Shown in pieces: positions 50,461-59,319 of a stretch of 64,000 nt of DNA. The translations under genes and the position numbers were made by a program. The notes under the pieces are model-generated. The model made no database searches, was not told the DNA's origin, and saw only the letters and a list, made by a program, of their open reading frames with translations. Location: positions 25,793 through 89,792 of the forward strand of contig CAIKAW010000081.1 in assembly GCA_903825575.1 (NCBI GenBank), in the 5' to 3' direction. Origin of the DNA: an uncultured bacterium. GTDB taxonomy: Bacteria; Actinomycetota; Actinomycetes; S36-B12; CAIKAW01. Every line of letters begins with the position of its first letter. Within the stretch, counting starts at the first letter, position 1.

Positions 50461-51764
50461 CAGGCGCGGACAATCGTCAGGTCGAGGAAGTGAGTGGCGC
50501 AAGAAATGCAGGGGTCGTAATTGCGGATCGCTTGTTCGCACTGCCTAGTAAGTTCGCCGTCATCAAGATGCAGTCGTTGTGAAACGAACTCGCGCATGTC
50601 GTGCTCAATTGCGTGTTGATTCTGCGATGTTGGCGGAATGATCACGGCATCGAGCACTGAACCGTCGGCCCCGATGTCGTAGCGGTGGTACAAAGTCCCA
50701 CGAGGTGCTTCAGTGCAGCTATGGCCTCTACCGGCTCGTCCGATAACCGAAACCGAAGGGGCACGGGGAGGCGCGTAACTTTCAACGATCCGTAGAGCTT
50801 CATCAAGAGCAAAAACCAATTCCACAGCCCGCACGATGATGCTCTGGAAGGGGTTGCGACATACCGGTCCGAGCCCGGCAGAAACTGCGGCCTGCCTTGC
50901 GATTTCGGGCAACTTGTCGTAGTTCAACGAATAGCGAGCCAGTGGTCCGACGAGGTATTCCCCACGCTCAAGCAAGTGTGCCTGCAGGGCGTTGGAATGC
51001 GGCACGTGTTCCTCCGCCACGTGATCGAGGAAATTCGCGACATCGATATCGAGGCCACGATCCGAGACGAGTCGACCTTCGTTCAGCGGATACTCGTGAG
51101 GGTGGCGAAGTGAGACTAGCTCCCAGTCACCGTTGAAGTCGGGGAACTCGAAACCACCTACCCAGGCCACCGTGTCAAGGGCATCCTGCCGGGCGCGACG
51201 CAGCGGTTCGACTAGCGCGGCTAGCGCTGACTGACTTGGAGATCGGTAGAAGCCACCAACTCGCACATTGACCGGATGGATCGCGCGACCACCAACGATT
51301 TCGATCAACTCGTTGCCGACCTTCTTCATCCTCAAACCACGCTCGACCAGGGCCCGGTGGTCGCGTGCCAATTCGATTGCGCTTCGAAAACCTAGGAAGT
51401 CAGGAGCATGCAACAGATAGATGTGGAGCGCATGGCTTTCGATCCATTCACCGCAGTACAGCAGCCGCCGTAGGTCCCTCAAGTCTGCTGGAAGCGTGAC
51501 GCCAAGGGCCTGCTCAATCGCATGACAGGCGCTCATCTGGTACGCAACTGGACAGATGCCGCAGATGCGGGCTGTGATGTCCGGGGGCTCGGTGAAATTG
51601 CGCCCACGTAACAGGGCCTCGAAAAAGCGCGGCGGTTCGTAGATCTCAAGTCGAACGTCCGTAACTTGGCCGTCAACAACGTTGACATGCATGGCGCCTT
51701 CGCCTTCAACTCTGGTCAACGCCCGTACGTCTAGAGTGCGAATACCGCGATGTGAATGCGTCAT
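50460..51764 (-). CDS. hyhL: [NiFe] hydrogenase large subunit, group 3b-like (434 aa)
   Basis: The N-terminal NiFe ligand motif is [16 protein letters not shown]. The C-terminal motif is DPCISCATH, followed by a short cleavable tail. The short length fits the group 3 cytosolic enzymes. Confidence 0.92.
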   Translation of the reverse strand: MTHSHRGIRTLDVRALTRVEGEGAMHVNVVDGQVTDVRLEIYEPPRFFEALLRGRNFTEPPDITARICGICPVAYQMSACHAIEQALGVTLPADLRDLRRLLYCGEWIESHALHIYLLHAPDFLGFRSAIELARDHRALVERGLRMKKVGNELIEIVGGRAIHPVNVRVGGFYRSPSQSALAALVEPLRRARQDALDTVAWVGGFEFPDFNGDWELVSLRHPHEYPLNEGRLVSDRGLDIDVANFLDHVAEEHVPHSNALQAHLLERGEYLVGPLARYSLNYDKLPEIARQAAVSAGLGPVCRNPFQSIIVRAVELVFALDEALRIVESYAPPRAPSVSVIGRAGRGHSCTEAPRGTLYHRYDIGADGSVLDAVIIPPTSQNQHAIEHDMREFVSQRLHLDDGELTRQCEQAIRNYDPCISCATHFLDLTIVRA

Positions 51765-52564
51765 TCAGAACCTCGCCTTGGGGACTGGATCGGGTACAGG
51801 GCCAAGGCGGCGGTCCTAAACTCCGGTGCGTTTACGTTGAAGGTGCTAAAGCTGCGTTCAATGTCGCGATCGTTGGTACCGACGCGACGCAATTGCTCTG
51901 TCAGAGCGGCTGTGTTAGCGCTTTCGCTGGGCCCAAAGCAGCCAAAGCAGCCGCGTCCAATCGAAGGGCAAAGGGAATGGCAGCCTGCTTGTGTCACCGG
52001 CCCCAAACACGGGGTCCCCGAAGCGACAAGCACACAGGCATTTCCAGCCTGCTTGCATTCTTGGCACACCGAGTAGCTAGGTAATCTGGGCGTACGGCCG
52101 GCTAGCAGAGCCGAGATCGCTTCCAGTAGTTGAGTTCGGCTGATCGGACAGCCGCGAAGTTCGAGATCTACCGGAACGTGGTCCGCGATTCCCGTCGATG
52201 TTTCGAGCGTCTTGATAAATTCTGGATGCGCATACACGATCGACGTGAATTCTTGGACATCGGCGGAGTTACGCAGTGCCTGGATGCCGCCGGAGGTAGC
52301 ACACGCCCCGATAGTCACTAACTTCCTTGACGCCGCGCGAACCTCGCGGATGCGTTCGGCGTCGTGAGCCGTGGTGATAGACCCCTCAACCAACGACACG
52401 TCGTACATCTGATCGACACGATCGTGGCCCGCCTCAAGAAAGTAGGCGATATCGATAGCCTCTGAAAGGCCGAGAATCTCGTCCTCGCAATCGAGCAAAG
52501 TGAGTTGACAGCCGTCGCAAGACGAGAATTTCCAGACGGCTAGCGTGGGGCGGCTCGTAGTCAC
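51761..52564 (-). CDS. hyhS: [NiFe] hydrogenase small subunit (delta; NuoB-like FeS protein)
   Basis: It has [20 protein letters not shown] and RGCP, plus a Cys-rich C-terminus. The start was placed at GTG 52564, overlapping the gamma-subunit TGA (GTGA). An ATGA overlap links it to the large subunit. Confidence 0.85.
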   Translation of the reverse strand: MTTSRPTLAVWKFSSCDGCQLTLLDCEDEILGLSEAIDIAYFLEAGHDRVDQMYDVSLVEGSITTAHDAERIREVRAASRKLVTIGACATSGGIQALRNSADVQEFTSIVYAHPEFIKTLETSTGIADHVPVDLELRGCPISRTQLLEAISALLAGRTPRLPSYSVCQECKQAGNACVLVASGTPCLGPVTQAGCHSLCPSIGRGCFGCFGPSESANTAALTEQLRRVGTNDRDIERSFSTFNVNAPEFRTAALALYPIQSPRRGSE

Positions 52565-53412
52565 AGTTCGCGCACCCCAAGCATCGATTCCACTCTGGCC
52601 CACGGGAAGACCGGTCCGTCCGAGCAAACGAACAACTCGCCAAACTGGCAGTGCCCGCACATCGTGACGGCGCATTGCATGTTGCGTTCCATCGACACTT
52701 GGATACCTTCAGCGGAAACTCCGCGATCCAGCAGTGCGCGGGCACCAAATCGCATCATGACCTCTGGGCCGCACACGAATGCGACCGCATCAGTTAGGTT
52801 ATGTCGAATTCGACCGAGGAGTGTGGTGACCACCCCGACGTCGCCAGTCCAACCCGGAGCAGAGCGGTCGACTGTTGTCTCGACTTGGAGCGACAGGCTC
52901 CAAGCTGCGGTCTCAGCCGGGAAAAGCAGATCATTGGGCGTCCGGGCACCTAGCAATACCGCCACCTGACCGTAGGCTTCGCGATCCGCCAAGATTGCCT
53001 CCACAACTGGCCGCAATGGCGCCAGCCCAATCCCGCCGGCCATCACCACCACATCCTGACCTCGGGCTGGCGTCAGATCCCATCCGATGCCGAAAGGTCC
53101 ACGGACACCGAGTTGATCGCCGGGCCTGAGCTCGCAAAGCGCATGGCTCACGGCACCAACGTCGTGAATCGTGTGAAGGATGACGTTGGTTAATGGCGGG
53201 ACTGCGCAAAGCGAAATTGGTACTTCGCCAACGCCGTAGGCCCACAACATATTGAACTGGCCCGGCGCCGGAGCCGTCAGCGCGTCGCTCAACTCGATAA
53301 CAAGCGTGACTGTCCCTGGCCCTTCGACGACACGGTCAACGACCCGAGCAACGGTCGGCGTCATGGGGCCGGCGCCTGAGAGATCAGCTGGTCGGCGCAC
53401 GGTGGTACACAT
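52561..53412 (-). CDS. hyhG: hydrogenase gamma subunit: FAD/NAD(P)-binding oxidoreductase with C-terminal 2Fe-2S site (AsrB-like)
   Basis: It has a ferredoxin-NADP reductase-like fold ([13 protein letters not shown] and [10 protein letters not shown]) and a CxxxxCxxC...C cluster ([16 protein letters not shown]). ATG 53364 is an alternative start. Confidence 0.85.
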   Translation of the reverse strand: MCTTVRRPADLSGAGPMTPTVARVVDRVVEGPGTVTLVIELSDALTAPAPGQFNMLWAYGVGEVPISLCAVPPLTNVILHTIHDVGAVSHALCELRPGDQLGVRGPFGIGWDLTPARGQDVVVMAGGIGLAPLRPVVEAILADREAYGQVAVLLGARTPNDLLFPAETAAWSLSLQVETTVDRSAPGWTGDVGVVTTLLGRIRHNLTDAVAFVCGPEVMMRFGARALLDRGVSAEGIQVSMERNMQCAVTMCGHCQFGELFVCSDGPVFPWARVESMLGVREL

Positions 53413-53851
53413 CCAGTAGTCGAAGGTGAGTTGAACGAAGGTCTGCGTCGAGTAGCGTCGAGAAGCGTTTCATCAGGTCGTAGCCCAGTACCGGATCGCT
53501 ATCGCACTTGCCTCGGATGCAATGGCCGTCGAATTGGATGGTCGCGAGAGGCTCGAGGGCTTCGGCGTCGAAGTGCCAGCGATATGGAGGGAACAGCCAT
53601 GACCAGCCGACAATCTGACCCGGGCCGCGCGTCTCCAATGTCACCAAGCCAGCGTGCGGTGTGTAGATGCCTAGCGCTACTCGGCCTTCGCGGATTAGAT
53701 GAAAGTCTGTGGCAGGCGCGCCTTCGGTGAAGAGTCGAGTGCCGGCGTGGATTCGCTGGTGCCGCGCGCAGCCCGCTAGGAGCGTCAGGGTACTTTCATC
53801 GATGTCGGCAAAAATTGGCTGCGCCGCAAGGGTTTCCATGATCGACTTCAT
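53384..53851 (-). CDS. stand-alone cyclic-nucleotide-binding-like domain protein (no HTH)
   Basis: 155 aa. FADIDESTLTLLAGCARHQRIHAGTRLFTEGAPATDFHLIREGRVAL is the cNMP/Crp-type beta-barrel pattern. An ATGA overlap links it to the upstream beta-subunit gene. Confidence 0.75.
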   Translation of the reverse strand: MKSIMETLAAQPIFADIDESTLTLLAGCARHQRIHAGTRLFTEGAPATDFHLIREGRVALGIYTPHAGLVTLETRGPGQIVGWSWLFPPYRWHFDAEALEPLATIQFDGHCIRGKCDSDPVLGYDLMKRFSTLLDADLRSTHLRLLDVYHRAPTS

Positions 53852-55161
53852 GTGGCTAGCCCTTCGTCGGTTTGTGGCCGAACACTTTCGGGGTACTTGG
53901 TGGCGGTATCTGTGGCCCGAATCGCCTCAAGTTCGGTCCTGATATCGATGCCTACCGGACAGGTAGTGATGCAACGACCGCAGCCGACGCAGCCAGACAC
54001 GTCAAACTGGTCAACCCAAGTCGACATCTTGTGGGTCAGCCACTGGCGGTATCGGGAACTGGTCGACGTTCGCGCATTCCCACCGTGCATTTGCGAGTAG
54101 GAGACACCGAAGCAAGAAGCCCATACCCGCGCTCGTACGACTCCATCATCGCCGATGGGGTTCTCGTCTACGACGTCGCTGCAGAAACAAGTTGGGCACG
54201 ACATGGTGCAATTCCCGCAGGATAGACAGCGGGCCGCTACGTCATCCCAACGCGGATTCTCGCGATTGCGGGCGAGTAGCTCGTGGACATCGTCAAGCTT
54301 CACGCCTTGTCCGATTGCGGTCGCCGCGGCCTGCACGATCTGGGTTGCGGCACCCGTTTCGGAATCAGATGCCGGTTTGCATGCGAGTTGAGCAAGCACG
54401 TCCGCCCCGGCTTGGGTTCCAGCATTTGCAACGAAATAATGGTCAGGGGAGTTGGGCGTTGAATTTACTTCGGTGAGCCGGATGTCGTAGCCCCCTGATG
54501 CTTCGGGCCCGGTACCTGCAGATACGCAGAAGCAGGTCGCCGCCGGACTGCCGCAGGACACAGCCACCACAAACATGTCTTGGGTATTTGCCGCGTAAGT
54601 CGGGTCGGGTGCTTCGGGTCGCATGAACACCCGGCGCTGGACGTCCAAGGCAGCGATTTCGCAGGCCCGCATTCCGATGAATGCATACCGAGGTCTCGCG
54701 GGGGGGATCGTGGTTATAGCTAGCGCGCCATCTTCACGTCGCGCCCGGAACAGTTCGCTGCGAGCCGGGAAGACGTAGCGCTTCCACGACGTCGGTGCCA
54801 GCGCGTATCCGAACAGTGCATCGTCGTCACGTCGTCGCAGTCGATAGTGACCGGGCCCCTGTTCATCACCCCAGCCGGACGGCAAATCGGCCGCGCCGCC
54901 GATTGGCTGATAGCCGATTACCGGTCCGTCGACCTTCGGGCCGATCACGGTGCGACCGTCAGCACCCAACCTGCGAATGAGTTGGTCGACGTCGGCGACG
55001 GTGAGGATCAAAGGACCGCCGAACGCTTGCGGCTCGATCTGGGGCTGAGGTTGCGGCGCCACTGGTTTCCTCACGGCACCATCGTCCTGCTGGGCGGGTT
55101 CGGGCTCAAGGGTCGTTGGGTAGCGCGTCCGGGAGTCATCAGACCCGAACATATCTTCCAT
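53848..55161 (-). CDS. hyhB: hydrogenase beta subunit: 4Fe-4S dicluster protein (AsrA/HydB-like)
   Basis: It has the ferredoxin-type motifs CLSCGNCTMSCPTCFC and CVGCGRCITTCPVG. It is the first gene of the tightly coupled hydrogenase cluster. The start is ATG 55161 (alternative 55152). Confidence 0.8.
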   Translation of the reverse strand: MEDMFGSDDSRTRYPTTLEPEPAQQDDGAVRKPVAPQPQPQIEPQAFGGPLILTVADVDQLIRRLGADGRTVIGPKVDGPVIGYQPIGGAADLPSGWGDEQGPGHYRLRRRDDDALFGYALAPTSWKRYVFPARSELFRARREDGALAITTIPPARPRYAFIGMRACEIAALDVQRRVFMRPEAPDPTYAANTQDMFVVAVSCGSPAATCFCVSAGTGPEASGGYDIRLTEVNSTPNSPDHYFVANAGTQAGADVLAQLACKPASDSETGAATQIVQAAATAIGQGVKLDDVHELLARNRENPRWDDVAARCLSCGNCTMSCPTCFCSDVVDENPIGDDGVVRARVWASCFGVSYSQMHGGNARTSTSSRYRQWLTHKMSTWVDQFDVSGCVGCGRCITTCPVGIDIRTELEAIRATDTATKYPESVRPQTDEGLAT

Positions 55162-55228
55162 TCATGGGTGCGCCGATTGTTTCACCTATGCGCACCCACG
55201 GCACTTTCCTCAGGTGTTTCGGAAGCGG
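55157..55228 (+). repeat. interspersed repeat, copy C (contains 8-bp hairpin GGGTGCGC-N16-GCGCACCC)
   Basis: The core CACCTATGCGCACCCACGGCACTTT lies at 55183..55207. The hairpin arms lie at 55166..55173 and 55190..55197. The repeat fills the 48-nt gap between the ccr stop and the hyhB start. Confidence 0.6.
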
Positions 55229-56541
55229 TTGATCTCGGTTAGGTGGCGGGCTCTTAGCTCTGGGTTTCGGACCCCCAGGCCTTCCTCGGGGGTCAGACAG
55301 CGCACCCCAACTTTTCCTTGGTGCAGGTTGCGGTGCACTTCGAATGCGGCCTGACCGGTGTCTTCTAGAGCAAAGGTTTTGGACAGCGTGGGGTGTACCT
55401 TGCCGCGCTGGATCAGCCGGTTGGCCTCCCAGGCTTCGCGGTAGTTCGCGAAGTGTGACCCGACGATTCGCTTCAGGCTCATCCACAGGTATCGGTTGTC
55501 GTACTCGTGCATGTACCCCGATGTTGACGCGCACGTGACAATCGTCCCGCCTTTGCGGGCGACGTACACACTCGCGCCGAAAGTCTCCCGGCCCGGATGT
55601 TCGAAAACGATGTCCACATCGTCGCCGTCAGAAAGGTCACGAATCTGGCGTCCGAGCCGTTGCCATTCCTTCGGGTCCTGGGTGTGCTCGTCTTTCCAGA
55701 ACTTGTACCCCTCAGCAGCCCGGTCAATGATCAACTCCGCGCCCAGGCTACGAGCTATCTCCGCCTTCTCAGGAGAAGACACGACGCAAATCGGAGTGGC
55801 CCCTCCATTGATTGCCAACTGGGTTGCGTAGGAGCCGAGGCCACCGGAGGCTCCCCAAATTAGGACGAGGTCGCCTTGCTTCATCCCGGCACCATTGCGT
55901 GAGACCAACTGGCGGTAAGCGGTGGAGTTGACGAGCCCGGGTGAGGCGGCTTCTTCCCAAGTCAAGTGGTCTGGCTTGTGCAGGAGTTGATTGGCCTTGA
56001 CTAAGGCAACCTGCGCTAGGCCGCCGAAGTTCGTCTCAAAACCCCAGATTCGTTGCTCGGGATCGAGCATTGTGTCGTTGTGCCCGAGTGGGCTTTCCAG
56101 CTCAACGGAAAGGCAGTGGGCGACTACCTCTTGGCCTGGTGCCCAAGTGTGGACACCGGGTCCAACCTTCAGCACGACGCCCGACAGGTCGGAGCCGATC
56201 ACGTGGTAGGGCAAGTCATGGCGTTTGGCCAGTGGGTTAGTGCGGCCGTAGCGCGCCAAGAAAGAGAATGTCGAAACCGGCTCAAAGATTGCCGACCACA
56301 CTGTGTTGTAGTTGATTGAGCTGGCCATTACCGCAACCAGTGCTTCACCGGGGCCAACCTCCGGTAGCGGGACATCTTCCACGTGCAGCGACTTACGCGG
56401 ATCGCGCTCGGGCGTCGACACGCCATCGAACATCTGTTGCTCGTCGCGGTGGACGGTCACGGCGCGATACGTCTCGGGCAGTCGAAGATTTCCGATCGAC
56501 TCGTTTGCGCCGGCAAGAATGGCGTCGAGGATCTGTTGCAT
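55210..56541 (-). CDS. ccr: crotonyl-CoA carboxylase/reductase
   Basis: 443 aa. The pattern LPETYRAVTVH..DPRKSLHVEDVPLPE..SSINYNTVWSAIFEP..RIWGFETNFGGLA is the Ccr-type MDR reductase pattern as remembered. AGGAG lies upstream of the ATG. Confidence 0.88.
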   Translation of the reverse strand: MQQILDAILAGANESIGNLRLPETYRAVTVHRDEQQMFDGVSTPERDPRKSLHVEDVPLPEVGPGEALVAVMASSINYNTVWSAIFEPVSTFSFLARYGRTNPLAKRHDLPYHVIGSDLSGVVLKVGPGVHTWAPGQEVVAHCLSVELESPLGHNDTMLDPEQRIWGFETNFGGLAQVALVKANQLLHKPDHLTWEEAASPGLVNSTAYRQLVSRNGAGMKQGDLVLIWGASGGLGSYATQLAINGGATPICVVSSPEKAEIARSLGAELIIDRAAEGYKFWKDEHTQDPKEWQRLGRQIRDLSDGDDVDIVFEHPGRETFGASVYVARKGGTIVTCASTSGYMHEYDNRYLWMSLKRIVGSHFANYREAWEANRLIQRGKVHPTLSKTFALEDTGQAAFEVHRNLHQGKVGVRCLTPEEGLGVRNPELRARHLTEINRFRNT

Positions 56542-56596
56542 CTCGGCTCCTGAAGCTGGGGGGTGCGGTGCGGTGAAACCTACCCGGTAGCCAACC

Positions 56597-57049
56597 TCAG
56601 CGCTCGACGGCTGCCTGAACTAACTCAACAAGCACGCCGCCGCAATCCTTTGGGTGGACGAAGTTAACCAAGGATCCCGCCGTGCCCGGGCGCGGGTACT
56701 CGTAGAGCACCCGCAGGCCAGCGGCCCGGAGCCGGACGGCTGCCGCGACGACGTCGACGACACCGAAAGCCAATTGCTGTACGCCAGGGCCATTGCGGTC
56801 TAAGAACTTGGCGATAGTTGAGTCAGGGGCAAGCGGGGCCAGGAGTTGCAGGAAGGCATCCCCGACCGCCAGCATTCCCTCGCGGACACCTTGGTCTTCG
56901 TTTATCTCCTCATGCACCAGTGGCAGCCCGAATGTTCGCGCGTAAAACTCGACCGCTGCATCGAAATCAGCGACTGCTAGGCCAACGTGATCAATCCGGG
57001 TAACCAGCGGTCCCAGCAGGTCTCCCACGGCTGGTCTGGCGTTGGTCAC
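56597..57049 (-). CDS. mce: methylmalonyl-CoA / ethylmalonyl-CoA epimerase (VOC family)
   Basis: RIDHVGLAVADFDAAVEFY..GVQQLAF..FVHPKDCGGVLVELVQ. The start was trimmed to GTG 57049, which is preceded by GGGGAGGA. The longer ORF to 57319 overlaps the divergent thiolase gene. Confidence 0.88.
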   Translation of the reverse strand: MTNARPAVGDLLGPLVTRIDHVGLAVADFDAAVEFYARTFGLPLVHEEINEDQGVREGMLAVGDAFLQLLAPLAPDSTIAKFLDRNGPGVQQLAFGVVDVVAAAVRLRAAGLRVLYEYPRPGTAGSLVNFVHPKDCGGVLVELVQAAVER

Positions 57050-57130
57050 GATGGTCCTCCCCGGGGCGATTGACGGGACTCGTCGTCGGTATCGTTTCAG
57101 GTCAGGTTGTGACTCGATCAGGAGGTCGTC

Positions 57131-58318
57131 ATGTCCGGCTCGGTAATCGTCGCAGGTGCCCGTACGCCAATGGGTCGACTCCTCGGTGGATTGAAGGATT
57201 TGTCGGCTCCTGCGCTGGGAGGGGTGGCTATCAAGGCGGCGCTCGAACGCGCTGGAGTCGCACCCGAACAAGTCGATTACGTGATCGTCGGCCAAGTCAT
57301 CCAGGCCGGTGCCGGACAAATGCCGGCTCGTCAGGCCGCCGTGGCCGGTGGGATCCCAATGGATGTGCCTTCGTTGTTGATCAACAAGGTCTGCCTTTCA
57401 GGAATCGATGCCATTGCACTGGCCGACCAACTAATCCGCGCCGGCGAATTCGAGATCATCGTCGCTGGCGGCATGGAGTCCATGACTAACGCACCGCACC
57501 TGCTGCCGAAGTCACGCGAAGGGTTCAAGTACGGCGACACGACCCTGGTTGATTCGATGGCCCACGACGCCTTGTTCTGCGCCTTCGATCAGGTAGCCAT
57601 GGGTGTTTCAACCGAGGGCTACAACGCACGTTATGACCTCACCCGCGAAGAGCAGGATGCTTTCTCAGCTCGCTCACACCAGCTTGCCGCCCGTGCGGCT
57701 GCGGCTGGGATATTCGCTGAAGAGATCGCACCAGTATCGATTCCGCAACGCAAGGGTGACCCCGTGGTTATCAGCGTTGACGAAGGAGTTCGAGGCGAAA
57801 CCACAGTGGAGTCGCTTGGTAAGTTGCGACCGGCCTTCGCGAAGGACGGCACTATCACGGCTGGTTCGTCCTCGCAGATTTCAGATGGCGCGTGTGCTGT
57901 TGTGGTCATGAGCAAGGCCAAAGCAGAAGAGCTCGGGCTGAGCTGGCTAGCTGAAATCGGAGCCCACGGAGTCGTCGCAGGCCCCGACGCGTCGCTGCAG
58001 GAACAACCGGCGAATGCGATTGCCAAGGCGTGCGCAAGAGAAGGAATCGCACCGACAGACCTCGACCTGATTGAAATCAACGAGGCGTTTGCAGCGGTTG
58101 GCATTGTGTCGCAGCGCAAGTTGGGTGTCGACCCGGATCGCGTGAACGTCAATGGCGGCGCGATCGCACTTGGTCACCCCGTTGGTATGTCAGGTGCGCG
58201 GATTGCTTTGCATCTGGCGCTTGAGTTGAAGCGTCGTGGTGGTGGGGTCGGAGCGGCCGCACTTTGTGGCGGCGGCGGTCAGGGCGACGCCCTAATCCTG
58301 CGCGTCCCGCGGAGTTGA
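57131..58318 (+). CDS. acetyl-CoA C-acetyltransferase (thiolase II)
   Basis: It has the acyl-Cys region [29 protein letters not shown] and the C-terminal Cys motif LCGGGGQG. Confidence 0.93.
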   Translation: MSGSVIVAGARTPMGRLLGGLKDLSAPALGGVAIKAALERAGVAPEQVDYVIVGQVIQAGAGQMPARQAAVAGGIPMDVPSLLINKVCLSGIDAIALADQLIRAGEFEIIVAGGMESMTNAPHLLPKSREGFKYGDTTLVDSMAHDALFCAFDQVAMGVSTEGYNARYDLTREEQDAFSARSHQLAARAAAAGIFAEEIAPVSIPQRKGDPVVISVDEGVRGETTVESLGKLRPAFAKDGTITAGSSSQISDGACAVVVMSKAKAEELGLSWLAEIGAHGVVAGPDASLQEQPANAIAKACAREGIAPTDLDLIEINEAFAAVGIVSQRKLGVDPDRVNVNGGAIALGHPVGMSGARIALHLALELKRRGGGVGAAALCGGGGQGDALILRVPRS

Positions 58319-59319
58319 CCCAAGCACAATCCTCCGGCGATGTCGGGGGAGCGGAGGTTGTTGCCGACTTAGTGGCGCGGGCTCGCGCTGGGCAGCCGAG
58401 GGCGGTAGCGCGGTTGGTTTCGATGGTCGAGTCGGCGGCACCGCAACTTCGCGAAGTCATGTCCGCACTTGCGCCGGATTCAGGTAAGGCCTATGTCATT
58501 GGCATCACGGGTGCCCCTGGAGTCGGTAAGTCCACGACCACGTCGGCGCTAGTCCGTGCCTACCGTGCCGCAGGCCAGCGCGTGGGTGTGCTTGCGGTCG
58601 ACCCTTCGTCGCCATTTTCTGGCGGCGCGCTCTTGGGTGACCGAGTCCGAATGCAGGAGCACGCGACCGACCCGAACGTCTTCATCCGATCGATGGCTTC
58701 GCGCGGTCACCTCGGTGGCCTGGCAGCTGCGACCCCGCAAGCGTTGCGCGTCCTTGATGCCACTGGGGTTGACGTCGTCCTCGTCGAAACGGTTGGTGTT
58801 GGGCAATCTGAGATTGAAGTTGCGGCCGCGGTCGACACGACTTTGGTGCTTCTGGCCCCGGGCATGGGCGATGGCATCCAAGCAGCCAAGGCTGGCATCC
58901 TCGAGATCGGCGATGTGTTCGGCGTGAACAAGGCTGATCGTGACGGTGCTTCTGCAACGGCCAGGGAATTGCGCAGCATGGTTGCCCTTGGGAACCGGCA
59001 GGCGGGCGACTGGGTGCCCGAAGTTGTGTCTTTCTCGGCCGCCACGGGCCAAGGGATTGACGCCCTGCTGGTCGCGCTGGCCGCCCATCGCGACTACCTG
59101 CTTGGAGGAGCTCGACTCCTCGAGCGGCGGGTGCGTCGCGCGGCGGCAGAAGTCGAGGCCCTGACCGTCGCGACTTTGCGGGCCCGGATCGGCGAGGTTC
59201 GCGGCGACGCCCGGCTCGAATCCCTTGCCCGTTCGGTGGCCGAAGGCCGCACCGATGCCTACACGGCGGCCGATCGGCTTGCCGAAGCGCTAGCTGGGTC
59301 GGAGAAGATGGCGCCATGA
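58315..59319 (+). CDS. meaB: methylmalonyl-CoA mutase-associated GTPase MeaB (ArgK family)
   Basis: It has the P-loop [18 protein letters not shown] and NKAD. The start was tentatively placed at TTG 58315, overlapping the thiolase TGA. The ORF track starts at 58264. Confidence 0.88.
   Translation: MTQAQSSGDVGGAEVVADLVARARAGQPRAVARLVSMVESAAPQLREVMSALAPDSGKAYVIGITGAPGVGKSTTTSALVRAYRAAGQRVGVLAVDPSSPFSGGALLGDRVRMQEHATDPNVFIRSMASRGHLGGLAAATPQALRVLDATGVDVVLVETVGVGQSEIEVAAAVDTTLVLLAPGMGDGIQAAKAGILEIGDVFGVNKADRDGASATARELRSMVALGNRQAGDWVPEVVSFSAATGQGIDALLVALAAHRDYLLGGARLLERRVRRAAAEVEALTVATLRARIGEVRGDARLESLARSVAEGRTDAYTAADRLAEALAGSEKMAP

Noticed and set aside
50460-51764. Alternative assignment of the hydrogenase to the high-affinity group 1h/5, F420-reducing group 3a or NAD-linked group 3d.
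   Set aside because: The large subunit is only 434 aa, whereas group 1 enzymes are much longer. No FrhB-like or HoxEFU/diaphorase genes are present, and the partners are AsrA/AsrB-like, as in group 3b. This still needs formal classification.
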